Shown here: positions 46,201 to 52,083 of the stretch, in pieces | Numbering within the stretch: the stretch's first letter is position 1 | Layout: every line of letters begins with the position of its first letter | Assembly: GCA_039925885.1 (NCBI GenBank) | Contig: JBDSYB010000172.1 | Location: 1-55,679, forward strand | From: Verrucomicrobiota bacterium | Lineage (GTDB): Bacteria; Verrucomicrobiota; Verrucomicrobiia; Limisphaerales; CANJXF01 | Length of the DNA stretch: 55,679 bases | Reading direction: 5' to 3' | Position numbers and translations under genes: made by a program | Notes under the pieces: model-generated | The model's database searches: none | What the model saw: the letters and a program-made list of their open reading frames with translations, nothing else | Told to the model about the DNA's origin: nothing

Positions 46201-49200
46201 GTTTGTTCAAGTGATCGGCAATGGAACTTCGCTTTTGCATCAGCGGGTTGGAGCAAATTCCCCATTGATCGGAACTAATGTAGGCGGAGTTCCGGCTGGA
46301 TCATTAAGTCAGTGGAATTTTTATGTGCTGAACAATCCCAGCAATCAACAAAATGTGGCGTTCCTCACCTTTCTTCCCCCGAATATTTCGGGCACGACTA
46401 ATGTTTCTCCAAACAGCCGTCGCAATATCGAGGCAGACATTGACTTGTATGTTTCGACAGATCCGACTTTGACCAATTTGAATCCGGCAGCCATTGCGGG
46501 AGCGATGACCTCGCGCAAACGGGGTGGCCAGGAATTGATTGTTTTAACGAACGCAACGTCGCCAGTTTATTACGTTGGCGTTAAATCGGAAGATCAACAG
46601 GGAGGAGAATTTGGATTTTTTGGAGTTACCAGCGATGTTGCTTTCAGTCAGCAAAATGCGAATGGCGATGTCACGCTCAATAGTTTGATTAATATTTTTG
46701 ACGGATCTAGCGACATTCCGGATGGTTCCAACTCAAAACCGGGCGGTGCCTATTTCATGGCAATTGCGACAGAGCCAATCAATGTCGCCCGGGTAGTTGT
46801 GACCAACCGCTTCACCCATGAGCGTTTTGGCGATTTGATTGGAACCATTACGCATAATGATCTATTTGCGGTTTTGAATAACCATAGCTTTCCCATCATC
46901 CTTCCGCTATATCCCGAGGGACAGGAATCAGGGACGTTCGAAGGAATTTACGATGATAGTGGATTGATGGACATTCCCAATAGTCGTCCCGTTGATGGTC
47001 CCGGTAGCCTGAACGATTTTATCGGGCAGGATGGCATTGGCTCATGGATGCTGGCGATGGAAGACAACGCCCTAAATGCCACTGGCCGGGTAGAATACCT
47101 TTCCTTGTTCCTGGAGCGCGCGTTGGAGACGAATCAGTTGTTTGGTGGAGGAAGTGGTTTCGCTGTTTCAGGAACAATACCTCCGCAATCGTCAAGAGGA
47201 ATCAGCTTCGTTGTCCCGGCTGACGCGACCAACATGATCATTTCCATCGCCCCGAAGGAAGGTGCGCTCGACACGGTAGTGCGGCGCGGCATCCTGATTC
47301 CAACCCGCAATCCTTATGTGGATAAAGGCACCAATATTTCGCCGCCCGGAGGAAAGCTCACCTGGGGACTGACGGAAGCGACTCCGCCGGGACCTTTGAA
47401 ACCAGGAAGGCATGTGTTGCGCTTATACAATGACGGTGGGGCTCCAGTTACGCTCAATGGTTCGGTAGAGTTTGAGTTAAATCTGACTGCCGCATCGTTT
47501 CAAACCTATGTTTCTGGAGGTTCAGCGTCTATCTTAGACGATGCAGTTACCAACTCGGTCATCAACGTTAAGCGGAGCGGACGTTTGGTTGATGTAGAAG
47601 TCGGCGTGCGCATAGATCATCCACGGATTTCTGATCTGGTGCTGCATCTTGTAAGTCCCGAAGGACCGCGGGTCTTGCTCGCGGAAAATCGTGGCGGGCT
47701 AACAACCAATGGCTATGGCTTCAGCAACCTCACGACTAACGTCGTTGATGGCCTGCAAAACGGGGACAATAACCCCGCCACAAATACTATCCCGACCACC
47801 TCGAATTCCGGGCTTGTCAGCGTTGATTACGATTTCTTTGATGTGGCGGATCAACTTCAGATTTTTTACGATGGCTTTCTTCTTTTCGACAGCGGCATGG
47901 TTGTGGGGGCGGGAACTGTCTCGGTGCCTTTTGGCCCTGGCATTGCTTCAAATGTAGTCATCGTTATCAATGGAGAGGGGAACACGAATGCCACCGCGTG
48001 GGAGTATACGGCTACTATCCTTTCCGGGCAGCTTGTTTACGCAACGTTCTCGGAGAATACCAACCTTGCCCTTGTGCCGATCAAATTTGCCTTGCCGCCC
48101 TTCGGGACTAATCTTCCTGGCTCGAACGTGGTTGTTTTCATGACGAGTGATTTTGAAACGGAAATCCCGGGGACCTTCGCAACTGGCTCGACAGTGGACG
48201 GTTGGAGTGTGGTAACTAATTCGGTGGCGGTCGAAAATTTACCTGGAGTTGCTTATAGTGGAAGCAATTATTTGAATCTGGGTAACGGAGCAGTTGCGCG
48301 CACTTTGCCATCTACAGACCCGAGCAAGATTTATAACTTAAAATTTTCCTACAAACGCGCACCCGGCAGTCCAATCGGCGGGGCGAAAATTGGACTTTCC
48401 GGGGTTTATACAAATGAATTTATTGGTTCGGCGGGATGGATTCCTTTTTCTCAATCTTTCGGAGGAGTTTCAGGCGGATCTGTTTTACAACTCGACGGTA
48501 CATTGCCTAACATGTTGTTTGACACCTTCTCACTGTCAGAAGGCGGCGACCCCAATTACTTTTTGCCAGAAGAATCTCTCAAGACCTTTATCGGTGAACA
48601 ATCGCTGGGCGATTGGAAACTTGAAATATGGGATAGCCGGGCAGGTCAACCGCTGAGCAGCGCCAACCTTCTCAGCTGGAAGTTGGATCTGACCTTTACC
48701 TCTTCTAATGCCACTGCGGTGGTCGTCGATACAGGCGTCGGAGTAACGAACACCGTGAATGGTAATGAGATTAAGTATTTCATCATCGATGTTCCGTTGG
48801 ATGCAACCCACGCCACTAATATTCTCCAAAGTTTCGGGGGGCCGTTGAACCTTTTGTTTAACCAGAATCAATTGCCGGTTGGAAGTGCGGCGCGCGGCGA
48901 CTATACTTTCCTCTCTGTCAGCACAGGAGGAAGCTACGACTTGAACACTTTGACTGGGCCACCTTACCTTCTTCCGGGACGGCGGTATTATCTGGGCGTC
49001 CAAAATGCGAACCGGTCGCAAACTAATCAGTTCAGCCTTAGGGTGGATTTTGATAACACAAACAATCTGGTGGAAGTCACACCGTTGTTTAATGCGATTC
49101 CAGTTTCCACCAACTTGCCGACAGATCGGTCGATTCATTACTATCAGTATGACCTTTCCAACACGGTAGGCTCTCTCACGTTTACTTTGACCGGACTAAG

Positions 49201-49639
49201 TGGTGATGTGGATTTAGTTGTTCGCCGTGGAACTCTACCTTCCCCATCCCAATTTGATTACAATAGCACTTTTGCAGGAACTTTGGACGAGACTATTGTG
49301 GTGCCGAACCCATCGCCAGGCCGTTATTACGTCGGCGTTTACGGCTTTGCACCAACGAATGGAATCGATTACACGGTTACGGCGACTGAAGCAGGGGGCG
49401 TAGCCGTGGTGCCGGCTCCAGTGTTCCTTCCAAATCCAACGGTTACTCCAACGGGTTTTCAAGTTACTGCGACTACCGTGGTGGGTCGGATGTATGAATT
49501 TCAAGTTTCAACCGATTTAATAACTTGGACTATGATATCTACCACGACTGCTACTTCTATATTAACTACCTTCACTGATAACACTCCGCCCTCCACGCAG
49601 GTGGCTCGCTTTTACCGCTTGCTTTTGCTGCCGCCTTAG
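43253..49639 (+). CDS. Giant membrane-anchored subtilisin/kexin-like serine protease (S8) with P-domain-like modules
   Basis: The track ORF starts at a TTG at 43247, and the ATG at 43253 gives MRPKNWFFLSIALFIAAAFFW. The catalytic contexts are NDTSIDNGHPDL (Asp codon 44189-44191), GHGTHVAG (His 44273-44275), NNSWG, and GTSMAGP (Ser 45401-45403). The P-domain-like blocks are HERFGDLIGTITH and HPRISDLVLHLVSPEGPRVLL...GDWKLEIWD. A PPC-like block, GRYYVGVYG, is also present. Confidence 0.85.
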   Translation: MRPKNWFFLSIALFIAAAFFWHLGEKKRLASPHAAPTVPAQTSQSSRAPHKIFAKSSSSKKRIELASDASTKPDSTNAKSLYPNRLSNTTKTIDQLSHDNKAILLRNALIDTGAGRVSIPNHLRAKGDPGSYIVQSKGPLTDIFRAQLAEAKAQIISYVPNNAYLVRMSRDNVEALRGIKSVQAILPFEPYYKLDTELLDLAVKNEALSLDQPVRVTWFPGQNEAGATALAGKGSVLSVDLKSSPFGPESIVATEDLVALANIPEVQGIEPFYERGLLNDLTRVRLGVSTNSLTSTPNYQNLTGSNVLVNVNDTSIDNGHPDLTPRIFVGPGVTNTDEVGHGTHVAGIIASSGVNGPTGANVPGSAPNANFRGKAPAANIFSLDIFAGLADSELQETAARTNLFGFNRQSPLISNNSWGYPGSKNYNSASASYDMAVRDAIPGVQGSQPIIYVFAAGNSGGGNNNGQGGSAGSVISPSTAKNVITVGALESPRFITNDVIRKNRFCNLSTNKEFLGFTDSSNEVAFFSSRGNVGIGQEGTYGRLKPDVVEPGTFILSTRSRQFDEGAYYSTTNYDVRTIPNLILDPGATNRFSIFVSDDPCDEGRALRLRIDTLPNSTSPDPFPPLQIFVNTNAAVSASSNPANFVGTNSVTLVEGDPQFFRGVRVYCEIVNTNNIEVSFNRRTEIMLTNDYGNYFDTLRSLNATVAPNYFFESGTSMAGPATSGMLALVQEFFEQTLPAGIRRTNSPAMMKALLINSARSPDDLLYKLDANSTLNIAGWGLPNLTRILPTVLASEPDTNKWPIQMFDQSTNSALATGEAHSRTITVADTNSPLRVTLVWTDPPGNPQVGIKLVNDLDLVIKTTVTNGFGTNVTTTTNVYLGNHFSGGGQFTDPVEVGTNSGSFLDSSRDVVNNVENVYINGPLSGTYEVSVVARRVNVNAVTAHTNGVVQDYALVISSGNLAETAPFAVAPIAPPPSPNTNGFVQVIGNGTSLLHQRVGANSPLIGTNVGGVPAGSLSQWNFYVLNNPSNQQNVAFLTFLPPNISGTTNVSPNSRRNIEADIDLYVSTDPTLTNLNPAAIAGAMTSRKRGGQELIVLTNATSPVYYVGVKSEDQQGGEFGFFGVTSDVAFSQQNANGDVTLNSLINIFDGSSDIPDGSNSKPGGAYFMAIATEPINVARVVVTNRFTHERFGDLIGTITHNDLFAVLNNHSFPIILPLYPEGQESGTFEGIYDDSGLMDIPNSRPVDGPGSLNDFIGQDGIGSWMLAMEDNALNATGRVEYLSLFLERALETNQLFGGGSGFAVSGTIPPQSSRGISFVVPADATNMIISIAPKEGALDTVVRRGILIPTRNPYVDKGTNISPPGGKLTWGLTEATPPGPLKPGRHVLRLYNDGGAPVTLNGSVEFELNLTAASFQTYVSGGSASILDDAVTNSVINVKRSGRLVDVEVGVRIDHPRISDLVLHLVSPEGPRVLLAENRGGLTTNGYGFSNLTTNVVDGLQNGDNNPATNTIPTTSNSGLVSVDYDFFDVADQLQIFYDGFLLFDSGMVVGAGTVSVPFGPGIASNVVIVINGEGNTNATAWEYTATILSGQLVYATFSENTNLALVPIKFALPPFGTNLPGSNVVVFMTSDFETEIPGTFATGSTVDGWSVVTNSVAVENLPGVAYSGSNYLNLGNGAVARTLPSTDPSKIYNLKFSYKRAPGSPIGGAKIGLSGVYTNEFIGSAGWIPFSQSFGGVSGGSVLQLDGTLPNMLFDTFSLSEGGDPNYFLPEESLKTFIGEQSLGDWKLEIWDSRAGQPLSSANLLSWKLDLTFTSSNATAVVVDTGVGVTNTVNGNEIKYFIIDVPLDATHATNILQSFGGPLNLLFNQNQLPVGSAARGDYTFLSVSTGGSYDLNTLTGPPYLLPGRRYYLGVQNANRSQTNQFSLRVDFDNTNNLVEVTPLFNAIPVSTNLPTDRSIHYYQYDLSNTVGSLTFTLTGLSGDVDLVVRRGTLPSPSQFDYNSTFAGTLDETIVVPNPSPGRYYVGVYGFAPTNGIDYTVTATEAGGVAVVPAPVFLPNPTVTPTGFQVTATTVVGRMYEFQVSTDLITWTMISTTTATSILTTFTDNTPPSTQVARFYRLLLLPP

Positions 49640-49656
49640 AGCCTATCTGAAAATCT

Positions 49657-49680
49657 GGCGGCAGGCATCCCTGCCTGCAT
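49657..49680. repeat. Solitary REP-like hairpin just after the protease stop
   Basis: The hairpin gcaggca-tccc-tgcctgc (49661-49678) belongs to the same family as the 5' hairpin of repeat copy B (ggcgggca-tcc-tgcctgcc). Confidence 0.55.
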
Positions 49681-49726
49681 CTGGGGCAAAGTCTTCAATC
49701 AGTGGAAGTTGTCACGCCGCCTGTTG

Positions 49727-49926
49727 GTTCCGAGAAAGTGGGTGGGGCTTGGCGCAACCGTTGTCGTGCGCGACAGCGCGGGGAGACGAGTCGCGCTATC
49801 GAATTGTGGGTGTGGACGAAACAGATCTCGACAAAGGTTGGGTAGCTGTCGACCTCCTATTGCGCGGGCGTTGCTCAATTTCAAGGCGAGGCAAAAGTGC
49901 GATTCGCTGTTCCGACGAAGCTTTAG
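49727..49926 (+). pseudogene. Decayed GreA/GreB-family C-terminal domain fragment (at least three frameshifts)
   Basis: Across three frames the pieces read VGLGATVVVRDSAG / ESRYRIVGVDETDLDKGWV / PPIARALLNFKA / GEAKVRFAVPTKL*. These reproduce the GreA C-domain pattern (G.tV.v.....e..y.IVG.dEaD...g.iS..SPiArALlGk..Gd.v.v..P). No N-terminal coiled-coil part is present. Confidence 0.55.
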
Positions 49927-50051
49927 TTGAGGAACGTCTGACCGAGCATCGCAATAATCCTGATTCTGCTGTGTCGCTGGAGACAATGAAATCCCGCCTG
50001 CGTTCGCAATTCAGAAGTGAATTGGCGGATAAGTCATTTCTTCGAAGTTGA
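49912..50051 (+). pseudogene. Remnant of an addiction-module antitoxin (C-terminal half only)
   Basis: EALVEERLTEHRNNPDSAVSLETMKSRLRSQF resembles the C-terminal half of small addiction-module antitoxins. There is no plausible start codon, and it is fused in frame to the GreA-like debris. Confidence 0.4.
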
Positions 50052-50320
50052 AGAAGACGTTGCGAAGGTTGCGGCAGTGGTATGAATCACGCGAGGCTGG
50101 ATTGGGCGCGGAGTTCGTAGAGGAAGTTATCAGAGTATGGGATGCGCTGGCGCAAAATCCGTTGCTCAATGCGCGTCGTGATTCGCGAAAAAAATTCGCT
50201 GGCGTTATTCGGAACGTTTTCCCTACCGAATTATCTACGAAGTGATAGAAGCCTACCACTCCGTAATCGTCGCGGCAGTATTACACTCGGCGCAGGATGA
50301 TCGACACTGGAAAAGCGCAT
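50033..50320 (+). pseudogene. Frameshifted ParE/RelE-family toxin
   Basis: The pieces in three frames are FFEVEEDVAKVAA / WYESREAGLGAEFVEEVIRVWDALAQNPLLNARRDSRKKF / RFPYRIIYEVIEAYHSVIVAAVLHSAQD. One shift coincides with an A7 run at 50187-50193. Confidence 0.65.
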
Positions 50321-50349
50321 CGGTTAAAAATTTTCAAAATCTCACGAAT

Positions 50350-50444
50350 CGCGGCTGTGTTCGTGAGAACACGGCTGACTTATCTTTGCACGTCGAAAAG
50401 TTCGCGAATTTATTTAAGCCGCGCTCTCACGTGGCGCAGCCACG
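50350..50444. repeat. REPIN doublet 1 (3' side of the RAYT gene; left arm degraded)
   Basis: The left arm is cgcggctgtgttcgtgagaacacggct (50350-50376) and the right arm is agccgcgctctcacgtggcgcagccacg (50417-50444). The spacer ...ttcgcgaatttattta... is shared with doublet 2. Confidence 0.7.
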
Positions 50445-50458
50445 AGTGCAATGACGAA

Positions 50459-51061
50459 TTATGATTTCGCGTCGAGCGGGGGCGGTTCGCGGAACTTCGC
50501 GTAGAGTTTCCAAAACAATTCCCAATAATCTTCCCGCATCGGATGTAAATCGGGATAGCCCGGAATCGTTGCGCCGAGATACGGCCAATCGATTTCGCGC
50601 TTCACCAGATTTGCGCGGACGGGATTCGCCAGAATATAAAAACAAACTTTCGCAAACGCATTTTTCTTCCATTCTTCCTCGCGCAAAACATGATCAAACG
50701 CTTGCGGTTGCAAACACCACGGACGTTTCGCGCTATTGCCTGCGCCGGAAACCAGAGTGTCGCCGGCGAGTAACCGATTCAGATGAAGCCGCAGAAATTT
50801 CATCGCATTGAGTTGATCGCTTTCCAGCGCAAGTCCGAGCCACATCAAATGAAGATGGTCTGGCATGAGGCAATAAGCGGGACAATATAAACGTTCGCGC
50901 GCACAAGCATGAGTGAGCAATTCGCGGAATTGAAAATGAAAACGTTCGTCGAGCCAGCCGGGCGAACTCGGCTCCACGCGCAGACGCCAATGCACGGCAG
51001 CGAACGCCTGGTAACGCGCGCGTTCGAGTCGCGGCAGATGATGGAGCGGAGGATTCTGCAC
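50459..51061 (-). CDS. REP-associated tyrosine transposase (IS200/IS605 Y1 family, RAYT-like)
   Basis: 200 aa. The HUH motif is in CLMPDHLHLMW. The C-terminal Tyr context is CFYILANPVRANLV (Y...NPV.AgLV). The reading frame is intact. Confidence 0.75.
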   Translation of the reverse strand: MQNPPLHHLPRLERARYQAFAAVHWRLRVEPSSPGWLDERFHFQFRELLTHACARERLYCPAYCLMPDHLHLMWLGLALESDQLNAMKFLRLHLNRLLAGDTLVSGAGNSAKRPWCLQPQAFDHVLREEEWKKNAFAKVCFYILANPVRANLVKREIDWPYLGATIPGYPDLHPMREDYWELFWKLYAKFREPPPLDAKS

Positions 51062-51102
51062 GGCTGTGGAATAGCAAACGGCAGAGGAGAAGTCAGCACT
51101 AT

Positions 51103-51198
51103 CGTGGCTGCGTCTCGTGAGAGCGCGGCTGACTTTCTTTGAAACGAAGAAAGCTTTGCGAATTTATTTCAGCCGCGCTCTTACGAGGCGCAGCCACG
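51103..51198. repeat. REPIN doublet 2 (5' side of the RAYT gene)
   Basis: The arm cgtggctgcgtctcgtgagagcgcggct (51103-51130) pairs with agccgcgctcttacgaggcgcagccacg (51171-51198) at 26 of 28 positions. The 40-nt loop contains its own ctttctt/aagaaag hairpin. Confidence 0.8.
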
Positions 51199-51215
51199 CA
51201 GTCCAGCAGTGAAGA

Positions 51216-51610
51216 TTACGCGGGAAATAATTCTCCAAATTCGCGAGGATTAAGAATGTTGACCGATTCAAATTGTTTCAAGACCAGCAGGTCCGAATCG
51301 CCTGTGACCAGATATAAACAGGCCGCGTAGAGAGCCGCTGCGAGGATTTGGTTGTCATCCACATCGCGACAAGCCTTTACCAACGAGTGCGGTTCCACGA
51401 ATTGGGTTTGACGTTCCACGAAAGAGTCATCAATCGCGCGTGGCGAGGGCTAAACCCAAATTTAAGGCGCAATTTTTCTTCCACTTCATTGAAGATGTCC
51501 TGCGATGCGCAAAACGTGCAGGTGGATCGCGCTTTCCGCCAGAGTCGGCGGCAGGAGCCGTCGGTGGTCAGAAGGGCAAGCCAGACGTTACTGTCGAACA
51601 CTCCGCGCAC
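51216..51610 (-). pseudogene. Frameshifted PIN-family toxin
   Basis: The N-terminal piece is MRGVFDSNVWLALL...SQDIFNEVEEKLRLKFGFSPRHA (51377-51610). The C-terminal piece, in another frame, is CRDVDDNQILAAALYAACLYLVTGDSDLLVLKQFESVNILNPREF (51216-51419). Together they match the PIN toxin pattern (D.dD...L..A....AdylVTgD.dLL). Confidence 0.65.
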
Positions 51611-51783
51611 GTGGGAGAACGAGAATTTCTTCTTTCGGTCAATCTGTTCTGGCGCGGGAGGCGATCAAAGGCGGTGAGCAATCGATCCAACTCGCTCTCC
51701 GTGGAAAAAATATATTGATAAACTTCCGCGACTTTTTGATTCGAGAGCCGCTGAATCTCTGCGATTACCTCATCGGGTTTCAT
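51568..51783 (-). CDS. Small putative antitoxin upstream of the decayed PIN toxin
   Basis: The internal ATG at 51783 gives MKPDEVIAEIQRLSNQKVAEVYQYIFSTESELDRLL. The position and size fit an antitoxin. No family was recognised. Confidence 0.35.
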   Translation of the reverse strand: MKPDEVIAEIQRLSNQKVAEVYQYIFSTESELDRLLTAFDRLPRQNRLTERRNSRSPTCAECSTVTSGLPF

Positions 51784-52083
51784 GCAAATCAAATTACTCT
51801 CCAGCCAGAAACACGCAACGCGCAAATACAAAGATTGGTGGATCACGGCTGACTTTTCTCTTTTACACCTCCAACTTCGTCCACTTTGCATTTCCTTTGG
51901 AAGATTCCACCACGGCTTCAATGAAGGTCATGCCGCGAACGCCGCCTTCGGTTTTTGGAAAAATCATTTTCGATGTCGGTCGGTTTTTTTTCTTCGCAAG
52001 GATCCACGGATAAGAATATGAATTGAAAGCAGGTCGGTTTGACGAAATCATTTCGACGAGTTGAACGTGATCGAAATAAATGA

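Larger units (their letters stand above)
50350..51198 (-). mobile_element. RAYT (REP-associated tyrosine transposase) unit: IS200-like gene flanked by two REPIN doublets
   Basis: See the component features. A 28-nt REP (agccgcgctcNcacgNggcgcagccacg) occurs as inverted pairs on both sides of the gene. Confidence 0.7.

Noticed and set aside
51900-52083. A possible riboswitch (for example TPP) upstream of the NMT1/THI5-like binding-protein gene.
   Set aside because: No TPP-like conserved core (ctgaga / acctgatctggataatgccagcg) is visible. The region instead looks like TA-gene debris, with a T9 run at 51984-51992.
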